Shown: one piece after another, positions 41,108-53,760 of the stretch
Layout of the letters: the number at the start of each line of letters is the position of its first letter
How positions within the stretch are numbered: the first letter of the stretch is position 1
Made by a program: the position numbers and the translations under genes
Source: Eledone cirrhosa
Taxonomy: Eukaryota
DNA: 64,000 nucleotides
Assembly (NCBI GenBank): GCA_964016885.1
Contig: OZ024745.1
Span: 125,240,001-125,304,000 of the forward strand
Reading direction: 5' to 3'
Notes under the pieces: generated by a model
Seen by the model: only the letters and a program-made list of their open reading frames with translations
The model's database searches: none
Told to the model about the DNA's origin: nothing

Positions 41108-41400
41108 GCTTCTTCTTTTCGTATCTTCGAAGCAGGTGGTCATATGACAGTTTCCCACTTCTTTACACAGTCCTTTGTATTATTAATAAATTCTGCAGTC
41201 TTTTAAGCTGCACTGGTTGGGTAGTAGAGGGCAAACAAGGCAGTGCTGCATCGTATGGTCCTCCTCTTCGCCTTCGCAGATGGTTGAACTGGTTTTGTAG
41301 CTCCATCTGGCCATAGCAGCTTTTGATCACCCTATTCCTGTTCTCAGGCGGTTGAGTGTCTTCCACTGAACCCATAGAGTGTACAGCACACAAACCAAAG
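41108..41400 (-). mobile_element. 3' end of an RTE-X-like LINE
   Basis: A frame not shown in the ORF track reads WKTLNRLRTGIG*SKAAMARWSY...CEGEEEDHTMQHCLVCPLLPNQCSLKD and ends acgaaaagaagaag. Confidence 0.7.
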
Positions 41401-41788
41401 AACAGTTTAAGAAATAGATTCATAGGCATATTAGATTAATACTTAAAATTAAGCGAAATGACAAAGATGAGACAATGTTTATAATACTGTAGCTGTTTTG
41501 GACGTAGTTATAATAGTTATTGTTATAATATTCCAAATTGAACGCTAAGTAAATTAGCAAGCAAAACTAGACGGTAAAACAATAAAATTAATGAATGCAT
41601 TTAGAATACAGTAAAACAACCGTGAAGTAATTTGAGTGGGGTCTTCTATGACCAGACAATTACTGTTATTTACTGTAGATTTATCAAATCAATTATTCCT
41701 CTTGTTACCAAACTTTGCATTAAGGTCACAACCAATGATTTTCAAATACTCAAAAGTTGAAGTGTTTTACTAAACTAATGTTATTATT

Positions 41789-42301
41789 GGTGAATTGGCA
41801 TTATCGGTAGAGGGTCGGATTATGCTTTCCAGCATAGTTACGTCCCTTTACGATTTGAGTTCAATTCCCGCCGAGGTTAACTTTGCCTTTCATCCTTACG
41901 GGGTCGATAAAATAAAGTACCAGTAATGTACTGGGATAATTGCTGGCCTTGTGCCAAAAAGTAGAAACAATTATTATTAAGCACGTGTAGAGTGGTGGAT
42001 TGGCAGTATCAGTAGAGGGTCGGACACAATGCTTTGCAGCATAGAGTTAAGGTCCTTTATGATCTGAGTTCAAATAACTTTGCCTTTCATCCTTACGGGT
42101 CGATAAAATAAAGTACCAGTCACGCACTGGGGTCGATTTAATCGACCCCAGTACGTTACTGCTGCTACATGTTATCGACCCAGTAAGGATGAAATGCAAA
42201 GTTAACCACGGTGGGATTTGAACTGAGACCGTAAAGGGCCGAAACTCTATGCTGTAATGCATGGTGTCCGACTCTTTACCGATACTGCCAATCCACAACC
42301 C
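41789..42301. mobile_element. SINE cluster: 41789-41969 (+), 41992-42146 (+), 42172-42301 (-)
   Basis: Match the consensus. The last two are tail-to-tail around the palindrome ctggggtcgatttaatcgaccccag. Confidence 0.9.
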
Positions 42302-42389
42302 TAATAATATCAAATAATACAAGAAATAAGATAAAAGACAACTATTAGGAGGCTGGAGAAAAACTATTTCCCCCGAAACAACGTAAGCC

Positions 42390-43092
42390 AACCGCAAAAC
42401 CCTGAAAACCCGGAAGAACTTGAACCCCCGAAACACCTAAAACCTCAATATTGCTTAAACCCCCTAAACTTTAGAAACCACCTAAATCCCCTAAATTTCC
42501 GAAACCATTTAAAGCCCCGTAAACAACCTAAAACCCCGTAAACCACCTACACCCCCGTAAACCAGCTACACCCCCGTAAACCACCTAAACCCCGTAAACC
42601 ACCTAAAACCCTGTAAACAAACTAAATCCCCGTAAACCACCTAAATCCCCGTAAACCACCTAAACCCCTATAAACAACCTAAAACCCCGTAAACCACCTA
42701 CACCCCCGTAAACCACCTACACCCCCGTAAACCACCTAAACCTCGTAAACCACCTAAAAGCCCGTAAACCACCTAAACCCCGGTAAACCACCTAAAACCG
42801 CGTAAACCATCTAAACCCCCGTAAACCACCTAAACCCCCCCCCCCCCCCGTAAACCACCTAAACCCCCGTAAACCACCTAAAACCGCGTAAACCACCTAA
42901 ACCCCCGTAAACCACATAAACCCCTTAAACCAACTAAAACCCCGAAACCACCTAAACCCCGGTAAACCACCTAAAACCCCGTAAACCACCTAAACCCACG
43001 TAAATCACCTACACCTCCGAAACATCCTACCCCCCCCCCCCCCCCGAAGCCGCCTAAACCTCCTAAACAGCCTAAACCCCCGAAATCCCCGA
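42390..43092. repeat. Minisatellite with a ~19-20 bp unit, aaaccacctaaacccccgt
   Basis: About 30 visible copies. Confidence 0.95.
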
Positions 43093-43099
43093 TGTGGGT

Positions 43100-43880
43100 G
43101 TGTACCATCTCGTTTTACTGTTGGTATTTCAAAATGTCTGCATATCTTCCGGTTCCTGGAAATCCAACTGTATCATGTCTGTAGATATAATCACTTTTCG
43201 CTAAAACTGGGCAGCAAGAGATAATGTGGTTAAATGTTTCTTCCCCAACCGCAGATATTCTGCAGTTAGTGTGTTGACCGTCATTATGTACTTCTGGTAG
43301 GAAGGCTTTGATCTTGCGCTGCAAATAGACATCCTTCAGTCTCGGCTTTTCTTCTAGTGCTTTGTAGGCAGATTCGTGAGTTTTGCTTGTCTCTTTCAGT
43401 TTTTTTCAGCTTTTCCGAGTATGTAAGGAATTTTCTTGCCAAAGATTTAGCATGGCACTTTGGATGATATTGGATTGGCAGTATCGGTAGAGGGTCGGAC
43501 GTCATCCTTTGACGCATAGAGTTACGGCCCTTGCCATTCTGAGTTCAAATCCCGCCGAGTTCAACTTTGCCTTTCATCCTTACGGAGTCGATAAAATAAA
43601 GTAGCAGTAATGTACTGGGTAATTGCTGGCCTTGTGCCAAAAGTAGAAACAATTATGTTTTTTACACTTTCTGTTGTTGAATTTAATTTGTCTTCATATT
43701 CCACACAATTATCTGTCGATCATGCTTCTGTTTTGAATTTATTTGCATCCAGAAATCAATTTATTTTGTTTTGTTAATGTTTCATGGCTATTTGTATTAA
43801 TTTTTATAATTTCTCATCTCATATATATGTAGTCTACGACAGCTATTTTATGATAGTTTTCTACATGTGTTCATGGTAGG
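43100..43880 (-). pseudogene. R4/Dong-like non-LTR retrotransposon fragment interrupted by a SINE
   Basis: KAETEGCLFAAQDQSLPTR and CRI..GEETFNHIISCCPVLAKSDYIYRHDTV (CCHC and RHD motifs upstream of the RLE nuclease). Confidence 0.75.
43471..43651 (+). mobile_element. tRNA-derived SINE
   Basis: Matches the window consensus. Confidence 0.9.
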
Positions 43881-44119
43881 TAGAGTCCCTCAACCTCAGA
43901 TGTTGAGTAATGCACTACAGTTCAGGAAATTGAATAAGTATATTGATAATAAAATACAACATACACAAGGAAACTATTGTTTTGCTAAGCCAGCCAGAAC
44001 ATAGCATCGGGGTCCATGGTTTACGCATGCAAAAATTCTAAACCCGAGTGTTAATGAGACAAGAAAGGTAACCCATTCAAAATTTGAGTTTGCCAAACTA
44101 ACCAATGAAACAAGCTTAC

Positions 44120-44155
44120 CTCAATGCCTTTAATAAAGTTGAAGGATCTCTCGGA
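44120..44155 (-). CDS. Candidate 36-nt exon (SERSFNFIKGIE)
   Basis: ttgcttttccgtttcag|TCCGAG...ATTGAG|gtaagc, with strong splice sites and a frame-preserving length. Confidence 0.45.
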
Positions 44156-44224
44156 CTGAAACGGAAAAGCAAGTATATTTTCTTCCGTTGAAATTTTCAC
44201 ATAGATTAGAAGACGTTTTAGTAC

Positions 44225-44317
44225 CGGATGGACTCTGACAATGTTATCGTCGCGATTTCCCTGAAGAGTTTTGGCTGTTTGATTCTGAATATCTCCAGAT
44301 GTGGTTGCTACATCAAT
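44225..44317 (-). CDS. Candidate 93-nt exon (IDVATTSGDIQNQTAKTLQGNRDDNIVRVHP)
   Basis: atattttcatag|ATTGAT...CATCCG|gtacta. The frame is open and joins the 36-nt exon in phase 0 across a 69-nt intron. Confidence 0.4.
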
Positions 44318-44390
44318 CTATGAAAATATGTGAGTTTGTGTGTGTGTGGGGGGGGGGGGGTGCGCGCGTGCGTATGTGTCTGTGTATGAA

Positions 44391-44425
<35 letters not shown>

Positions 44426-44621
44426 AGGAGACAGAGAGTGAAACTGCGAGGTTACTTTCCAATGTATCAAAGCTGCAGGCCTCATGTATTTATACATATA
44501 CTTAGTTTTGGACAAAACTGATCTGACAGAGAGACTAGCATTGATTTTTGTTTCTCTAAATCCTACACAAATGTTACATCTTGTTGTTTTTTTGGTATGT
44601 TCTAATGAATATTATCATTGT

Positions 44622-44733
44622 TGAGTTCAAAGCCCGCCGAGGTTAGATTTGCCTTTCATCCTTACGGGGTCGATGATATAAAGTACAAGTAATGCACTGG
44701 GATAATTGCTGGCCTTGTGCCAAAAATAGAAAC
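44622..44733 (+). mobile_element. SINE, 5'-truncated
   Basis: Matches the consensus from the B box to the tail. Confidence 0.85.
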
Positions 44734-46158
44734 AGTATTATTGTTTGTTTCGTATTAATCTTTGCTAGGATATTAAGCAAAAGGCTTTGATCTAAAAAGC
44801 CTCAACTAATTAAATGATAAATTATCCACCTTTTTTTAGATTTCTGTGTTGATATATATTCTGACTGACATTAATCCACAAATACGAAATTAAACAAACC
44901 GTAAATAAGTTTTACCTAGTAGAAAACACTCTCAAACTAGACCACAGCAATTTTATTGAACCGTAGAAGTAATTACAAGTAATTGTGATTAAAACTTGAA
45001 AACAATTTACGTTAAATAGTTGTCTGTCACCAGTGGAGATTTCGGTTGTATAAATTCTATCATGAACAAATCCTTTTCTTTTTTCTCTGGGATATGGAAT
45101 GTAATTAAGAAGGTTATGATTTCATTTGTAAGGGATTCGGTAAATAGTTCAATAGAAAATTGAACCTACGTCACGGGTTTGCTTTCCTAGACTAGCTATG
45201 ATTATATGCCAGTTTCATCTATCGGAACTGAAGCAACTTGAAAGATTTACAATTGTTTCCCACTTTGAAGTTCAACGCAGTATTTGCTTTTAAATTATTG
45301 TTTTTATTTTACATTTTAGATCATTTCTAACACGTTTTTTTTATCTCATAAAAAAGAAACTTCCCATAAAAAACACCACATGTTGGCCATCTTTATTAGG
45401 CTTTGTCTAATAGACTTGGTTTCAATTCTTAGAAGAAATTTATAGTTTTTGTGTATGTCAGTGTTGTGTATATGTGCTTTAATTATGTGCATACATATTG
45501 GTTGAATGTATTGTCTTTGAGTGTGTGTGGGTGTTTGAATTGTTTTAACACTCATTTTTGAACTTCTGTTTTGAAAGAAGTTATAATGCCAGTATCTTTT
45601 GTATCTGGACAATCTCCTCTGAGAGGTGTTAAATTCTGTTACCATCAAAATATCATGTGAACTAATTCTTAAAATAAGATGGAAGAACAAAGACAATCAT
45701 AAAATGATCTAATCGTTTCTTCGATTTTAATTCCCTTTCCTTTATTATGTATGTGTCATTTCTCTTTGTTTTTACTAATTTTACAGTTCAATATAGATTT
45801 CTTTATATTAACAGGGGTTCGCTGGCTTAAAATAAGAAACAAAAACAAATAAAGAAATGAATGACTAGTTCTGCGATTCACATATATTTTTTTTTTTTAC
45901 ATGTAATATAAATTCTAACGAACAAGATTCACAGATAATGAAAAGGTGCATAAAATATGAAAACAAAATATTTTATGATAGAAAATCGATAACTTACATT
46001 TGAATGGACAAAAAAATCTTTGGAATTCCTGCTATAGGTATTTAATACAAATATAACCTATAAATAATTACTTCACGCGGTTACAGTATCTATATTTATG
46101 CATATATATATATATATATATATTTATATACACACACATATATATATGTGTGTGTGTG

Positions 46159-46280
<122 letters not shown>

Positions 46281-46453
46281 TGTGTGTGTATGCATAAATA
46301 TAAATACTTGTAACTTTAACCGTGTGATGTGATTATAGGATGATATTTGTATTAAATACCTATAGCAGGAAGTCCAAAGATTTGTTTATCCATTCAATAT
46401 ATATGCATAAATATATATGTGCATATATGTGTATATATGTGTATATATGTGTA

Positions 46454-46567
<114 letters not shown>

Positions 46568-46643
46568 TAAATATATATGTATATATATATATATAATCAG
46601 TGAAAAAATAATATAAAATACAACTAATATATTAAACACACAC

Positions 46644-46681
<38 letters not shown>

Positions 46682-46719
46682 TTATAATATTAGTTGTATG
46701 TGATTTTCTTTTTTCACTG

Positions 46720-46774
<55 letters not shown>

Positions 46775-47278
46775 TAATATTCTACTTAAATAAGAGAGTA
46801 GTTATAACGCTGATTGGTCTGATTGTAGCGTGGGTGTGAATATCTCATCGAACCGAGATGAAATCCATCTTTGTAGAAGAATTCTATATCGTATATGCTG
46901 TTCAATATTCAAAGTCCTATAAGGTCTGATATCCATTGTTTTACGATCGTTTTATAGGGCAAAATGAACAATGACAATATTGATGCATTGACTAATCGAT
47001 AGCAGTTATGTAATTACATAGGATTATACAAGACAAAACAATTCCACCACACCAGAGATAAAGTACGAATACAATTCCTATATATGTATGAGTATATATT
47101 TATTTTATTTGTCTATGTATTTATTAATCTATTTGGTTTTAAGCTTTATCACTCTTGTAATTATATTCCTCATCTAGGTAATTCCTGTACTATTTAGATA
47201 TTTCTAATAGAAATTCATGAAACATTATTTCTGATGATGTACGTTGAGAAGGATGTGTTTGCCAAGGCTAATAATCAT

Positions 47279-47452
47279 TTCTACTTTTGGCACAAGGCCA
47301 GCACTAACCAGTGCATTACTGGTACTTTATTTTATCGATCCTGTAAGGATGCAAGGCAAAGTTAACCTCGGCGGGTTTTGAACTCAGAACTTAATTCTAT
47401 GCTGCAAAGCATGGCGTTCTACCCTCTACCGATACTGCCAATCCACCGCCCT
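47279..47452 (-). mobile_element. tRNA-derived SINE
   Basis: Matches the window consensus. Confidence 0.9.
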
Positions 47453-47609
47453 GTTATGTCAAGGCTAATAATATGGAGTTAAAATAGCTGCTATAGATAA
47501 GTCAATATTATGATGGTAAATTTCATCCTTAAACATTGGATCAATTACACACTGAACCTGGAGTAGGGGTATCTATGCAGAGGTTTGGGTTCCTTGGGGT
47601 AATTTATCA

Positions 47610-47765
47610 TACTTTTTGCGGTTATTCTCTGATTTTGTTTAATCGAATCTTTGCTATAAGCACTTTATGGTCAGAGGTGAAATCACGGCTAGAGTTGTAA
47701 ACTACATATTTTACAACACTATTAATCCATTTACTGTTAATAAGCATGAAATGTAGCTACGTTGT
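47610..47765 (-). pseudogene. LINE AP-endonuclease C-terminal fragment
   Basis: KWINSVVKYVVYNSSRDFTSDHKVLIAKIRL (SDH motif). Confidence 0.55.
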
Positions 47766-47934
47766 AGAACCTTCTGATTTATTATGTTAGAAGCTTTCGT
47801 CTTTTCGTCCATTCTCTTTTATGCATTCATCTATGTAATTTCGGTAAGTGAATATGTTATGTATCTGTACGTAAGATGATTTCTATTATGTGCATTCATA
47901 TCTCCACCAACTATTTTGTGATTATGTTTGCGTA

Positions 47935-48180
47935 AGTCTACATTTCTTTTGCAGTCTTCAAAAAGACAAATGACCGCGTTCCATGGGACCTGCTGTGGAA
48001 GGTTCTGCAGGAGTGTGGGATCGATTATCAACTTCTTGCTGCCTCCTGATGTCTCTTTATGAATGTCCAAGTATTTGTATTTGAATAAATTGTGTTAATC
48101 GAAACCATTCAATGTGGGAGTCGGATTCTATCAATGATCTGTACTGTCACTTCTCCTGCTCATAATTTTCATGAACAGGG
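47935..48180 (+). pseudogene. RTE-like reverse transcriptase fragment
   Basis: DRVPWDLLWKVLQECGIDYQLL and SKPFNVGVGF...VLSLLLLIIFMNR. It is homologous to 60370-60540. Confidence 0.7.
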
Positions 48181-50778
48181 CTGCCATGCGCAGTCAGGGT
48201 GGAAGGGTTATAATGAGTCACATGTGTAGGATCAGTTGACTGGAATTTGCAGACGGCATGCTATTACTTAACTCGTCAAACAGTGATCTTCAACCTCCAG
48301 CTCCATAGGAACTGGTACGCGGTAATCAAACGTGTATGCACTCTCACTCGGAAAGGGGTACTGTCCCGGTCATAAGTTACCGGTTGATGGTCATCCCTTA
48401 CCCAAGTTCGTGTGCCACAAGACAAGAACTCCTGCTCTTTTACTGCTTTCACTCGTCAGGCGGTCTATATGCTGCCGACATCTTTTGCGCAGAAGGCTCG
48501 GGCTGCTGTGCATGAATATATGCAAACATTCGCTGAAGCTAAGATATTTTCAGATATTCCAAAACGGTGAGCAGGTGTTCTCGTTTTTTATCACATGCGA
48601 CGATACACTGCTCCCCACTTCAACTCTGGTGTATTCTTGATTCACTCAAAACCAAGATTGGGCATCTGGCATCTGATGTTTGGTCAAACGCTCACATACC
48701 TCTACCAGTCTGGCAATGCGCTCAATGGAAATTCCACGTAGGCCTCCTGGAGGTGATTAGTTCGTTGTGGTTAAAAAAGACGACATAGAAAAGCTCTAAG
48801 TGTTGACGAGAACAAACTATCCAGTCTAATCCGGAAGAACTTCGGCCTGGGAGCTATGAACTATTTCCAGAAATTCCAAATTTGTATGATACGAAGTAGA
48901 GAGGGGAGATAAGCTAATGTACTCTAGGGAAAATGAGATGCTAGTAATGAATAATACAGTGTTTGTGTGATTTTGTATATAACCGTTGGTCTCTGGGCTA
49001 ACTGACAAATTCCTCTCTGTAGTGGTCGGTAAACCAGGTCGAAACAGCCCCGTCAATTCTTTTGATGATAATAGTGTGCTGGAAGCTATAATATTTGCAG
49101 GAATTCTATCCGCCTATAATCTTCAGAACATGGCGAAAGAGAAGAAAGTATTTCCTCGTGATAGGTATTCACCATCTTCCTCATCCTATTCTCACTAAAT
49201 TACATTAATATTCTGAAGCCACGTACTCATTGTAAAGATTGGAGTGCTGTTCAAAGTAAATTGAAACATGGATCAAATATTTGTATCATTGATCACATCA
49301 TTGCCATACACTTGCTAAACCACATCAATAACAAGATATAAATGTCAAATTTGCAAGTATATATTTATGTGCATGTGCGTCTCTTTACCTAGTTGTGTGT
49401 ATGTGAGTCTCTATGAGTGTGTATGTGTGTATGTGTATGTGTATGTGTACGCATGTGTGTATGTGTCTGTATGTGTATGTGTGAGTGTATGTGGTGTGTT
49501 TGTGTGTTAAGTATATACAGATTCTGTTTAATAGTAAACAAAAGTAATATACAAACATAATTCAACAGTTTTGAACCCGTGTGGAATCTTCCATTGCTGA
49601 AAAAAACTTTGTTGCTTTTCTGAAAAAAGAGTGAATAAATAACTTCCTGCTATAAGTATTGGGCACGAGGGAAAATATGAAATGAACTACCCACAGTATT
49701 ATTTTGAAATGTTCTCGACGGGTTCTATATTATTTCCATCAGCATTATCTTTCATGACAAAATAATTTCTGTTACCATGACACCTATGCATTTGCTCAAA
49801 GTTTTATTTTGATTGGTAGCTGAGAATTGTCACGATATTTCTGCTATGCTATTAGTTGGTACCATCTTTATATATACCAGCACTTGTGTATGTATGTGTG
49901 TATGTACGTATGTACGAATGTACGTATGTATGTATGTATCTGTATATGTATGTAGGTATTAAGTCCGTATGATGTTTTCATGTATAAATGCGCACGTGTG
50001 TGACTACGTGTTTATGTATGAGAAGGTGTGTGTTTGAAAATTTCGGTGCATGGTACAATACTTGTATATATATATAATGGGTGTTTATGTGTGTGTGATT
50101 GTGTATGGGTGATTGTGTATGTGTGATTGTGTATGTGTGATTGTGTATGTGTGTATGTGATTGTGTATGCGTGGTTGTGTATATGTGATTGTGTATGTGT
50201 GATTGTGTGAGTATAAATGTATATGTACATATGTGGTCGGATGTATGTACGTCTCTTTTTCATGTGATAATGTTTGTGAGTAATCTTTATATTTTCTACA
50301 TCCAGATGAGTGTCTGTGAGCGGCAATCGTATAGAAAGGACAATGAATGTGCACTTGTATTGAACATTCTCTATGTATTCGCTTGCATGTTTATGTAAAA
50401 ATATGTTTAAATGCGTGCTTGTATATGTAATTGAATACATCAGTTTGGATATGTGAATATTATATATTATATATTACATATTATATTATATATTCATGGA
50501 AATTTACAAATGATTGTGTGGAATAAAAACTGTGAGATGTGAGATGTATATGTCTGCATGCTTAACTGAAAATATATATTATATACACCATATATAAAGA
50601 ATTCGAAAGCCACGACAATGCGTGTTTTGGCGGAGAAAAATTAAATCGTAAGAAACAGTGGTTGTTTTTTTACCATAATTTATTCATATGTCCTAATATT
50701 TCGAGAATAATATTCCTTCTTCCGAGGAAAATAAAGTACCAGCTAAGAGTACGGAAAACCGTTTCCTATCGTCTTACT

Positions 50779-50821
<43 letters not shown>

Positions 50822-50883
50822 ATAATTATTATAAAATGTGGAGAAGGAGCACACGAGTTGGAATATATATATATATATATATA

Positions 50884-52002
50884 TAAATAAAATATAATAT
50901 TACGGCTCCTTCGGTAGAGCTAATTTTTAATCCCATATAAACGGCTGTTATTTCTAGCGCCATGAATATGCGATTGCTAGTGAGCTGGAAAAACCGAGTG
51001 CAAAACCTCGTGCGTTTTGTGCTCATGAACCAGATCTTCAACATTTTTTCGAGGTGAAGTAACCTAATTTTTCTGGGTACCTGTTGATAAGCACAGAAAA
51101 TTGATTATTTCACATTTTATACTATCGTTTGCGAAACTTGTTTGGATTTTGAAGTTCAGATTGATCTGCGGAAAAGGTTTGGATTTTGAAATTTAAATTT
51201 GTCCAGGTACCACGGCTATTTGCCAATATGAGTTTGTGTCTATTGATTTATTATTTTAAATCGATACAGGCAAACTATATTTATTTGAATTAGTTTATTT
51301 CATTCTAGCTAACTTCGTCTTTTACAATTCAAACACTTACGTGTTTATCATATATTAATTTATATTAACTTGTATTTCACGGCTCAGAAATGCTTCTTTC
51401 TTTGAGCTAATTAATTGTAAATGACTGTTTGAGTTTAAAACTCTAAATAAAATATAATATTACGGCTCCTTCGGTAGAGCTAATCTTTAATCCCATATAA
51501 ACGGCTGTTATTTCTAGCGCCATGAGTATGCGATTGCTAGTGAGCTGGAAAAACTGAGTGCAAAACCTCGTGCGTTTTGTGCTCGTGAACCAGACCTTCA
51601 AAATTTTGTCGAGGTGAAGTAACCTAATTTTTCTGGGTACCTGTTGATAAGCACAGAAAATTGATTAATTCACTTTTTATACTATCGTTTGCGAAACTTG
51701 TTTGATTGTGATGTTCAAATTGACCTGCGGAAAAGGTTTGGATTTTGAAATTTAAATTTGTCCAGGTACCACGGCTATTTGCCAATATGAGTTTGTGTCT
51801 ATTGATTTATTATTTTAAATCGATACAGGCAAACTATATTTATTTGAATTAGTTTATTTCATTCTAGCTAACTTCGTCTTTTACAATACAAACACTTACG
51901 TGTTTATCATATATTAATTTATATTAACTTGTATTTCACGGCTCAGAAATACTTCTTTCTTTGAGCCAATTAATTGTAAATGACTGTTTGAGTTTAAAAC
52001 TC
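50884..52002. repeat. Near-identical 560-bp head-to-tail duplication between (TA)n tracts
   Basis: tacggctccttcggtagagc occurs at 50901 and 51461, with only scattered substitutions between the units. Confidence 0.95.
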
Positions 52003-52010
52003 TAAATATA

Positions 52011-52071
<61 letters not shown>

Positions 52072-52252
52072 ATAGGGGGGAAAAGACGATTATTAGGAAG
52101 AAAAATATTGTTTCCCCCTTTTAATTTTTTCTCTTTTTTCTGAGTTAGAAAATGTTTAAAACAAAATATTTTACTTTGTGTTAAGGTATTAGTTAATTTA
52201 AATATTAATTAACAATGGCATTTATTTATTTATTTATATATTCAATAACTGT

Positions 52253-52290
52253 CTATTACCGGTTTCAGCATTTTATACATTATCAAATGG
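52253..52290 (-). ncRNA. Degenerate hammerhead motif with a U3-A8 core
   Basis: ccat-TTGATAA-t gtat aaa atgc t-GAA-accggt-A-atag, downstream of the minus-strand Penelope-like ORF and ~190 nt from (TA)n. Confidence 0.5.
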
Positions 52291-52465
52291 GGGAATTTGT
52301 ATTGGTGTAAAATGTTGATGTTGAACATGTTAAGGAAATGGTGAAGAAAGAATAATGTTATTTACAAACAAGGTTTTTGAAGTGAAAAAAAAGAAAAAAG
52401 GGGTGTAATGTGGAACATAATAAGGTAATGGGAAAGAAAGAATTTTATTATTTACAGGCATACAC

Positions 52466-52651
52466 GGTGGTGGATTGGCAGTATCAGTAGAGAGTCGGAC
52501 ACCATGCTTTGAAGCATAGAGTTACGTCCCTTTATGATCTGAGTTCAAATCCCGCCGAGGTTAACTTTGCCTTTCATCCTTACGGGGTCGATAAAATAAA
52601 GTACCAGTAATGTACTGGGTAATTGCTGGCCTTGTGCCTAAAATAGAAACA
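52466..52651 (+). mobile_element. tRNA-derived SINE
   Basis: Matches the window consensus. Confidence 0.9.
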
Positions 52652-52940
52652 ATTATTTACAGGCATAGTTCTTGAATATAAGCAGTTCAAAATGTGTTAT
52701 TATGGCAAGAGTGATTAGTTGATTCATGATGGAGGTAAATGGTAGTCTGGGGTTTGATATGATTTCCCTTTTTAGAGAGTTAATATGCAGGGGGGGGGTA
52801 ATTCAGCGTGGTTAAGTAGGGGAGAGAGAAATGATAGGGGGTAATTGATTTATATAAGAAAAGGGATTAGGTAGGGTGTTAGGGAGGTAACTCTTTAGAG
52901 AACATAAGGATTTGGTTTTGGTTCATTGTTCGTTCCAGTT

Positions 52941-53760
52941 TTAGTTTAGTCCGAAGTTTAGTCCATTAAGTAGAGGTTGGTATTTGTTAATGAAGTACGT
53001 TTCCTTATTGGTAGGATGGATGAAAGAGGCGTTGTCTAGGAATTTGTAAATGGGGAACATTTTAAAGTTTGGATGTTGGTTAGGTGTACAATTGGCGATA
53101 TGTTCACTAAAAGCAATCTTTCTGTATTCCTGTATTTTGATTTGTGATATATGGCCGGTCATCCGTTGTCGGAAGCTGTTTTTTGTCTGTCCTGTGTAGT
53201 GCTCTTGATAATCTGAGCAGGTCAAAACATAGATTAGGTTTTCAGATGTAAAGTTGTGTTTAACCAGATTTCGGTCTGTGGTATTTGGCATCGAATTCGA
53301 ATTCGAATTGATGACATCAAAGGTTACTAGTAGGGTATGTTCATTATTAAGTTTGTTGGGAGGTGGTTGAGCATGTCAAGATCATCCCTTATGAAGCGTT
53401 TTATGTGTTTGAAGAAAGGTTTAAGCAGAATATCTAGGAAGTTGCTAAGGCGGTGGGTTTCACATATGGTACCTGCTATTATGGGTCTTAATTTAAGGTC
53501 ATCAGGAGGAGGTATATTGATGTAAATGTATGTGGCTTGTTTACAAGCCCTGCCTATTCGCTTTTGTGTGTCTTTGGGATACCGTAGAAGAGGCTGGTTC
53601 TGCTTTTGAAATTGGTGATGTAGTTGTATTCCTTGTCGGTAAGGCCTTCTTTGTAAAGGGGTGTTAAGGATTTTAGGTTTCTCATTATTTTCTGCTGTGT
53701 GTAGTGTTGGTCCTTTTCGTAATATGTTTGGTTTTGAGTTGAGAGTACTAGAGTCCTGTA
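52941..53760 (-). pseudogene. Internally deleted Penelope-like element: RT N-terminus joined to GIY-YIG
   Basis: SLFYGIPKTHKS, then LKLRPIIAGTICETHRLSNFLDILLKPFFKHIKRFIRDDLDMLNHLP...VTFDVI (53310-53760). GIY-YIG follows: SENLIYVLTCSDYQEHYTGQTKNSFRQRMTGH...ETYFINKYQPLLN (52941-53291). Confidence 0.85.

Noticed and set aside
41163-41429. 88-aa ORF as a host exon
   Set aside because: An overlapping frame matches a LINE C-terminus, so the listed frame is incidental.
50713-50768. ccgagga...gtac..gtac-ggaaaaccgttt HHR-like string
   Set aside because: The spacing and helix I are inconsistent with a hammerhead.
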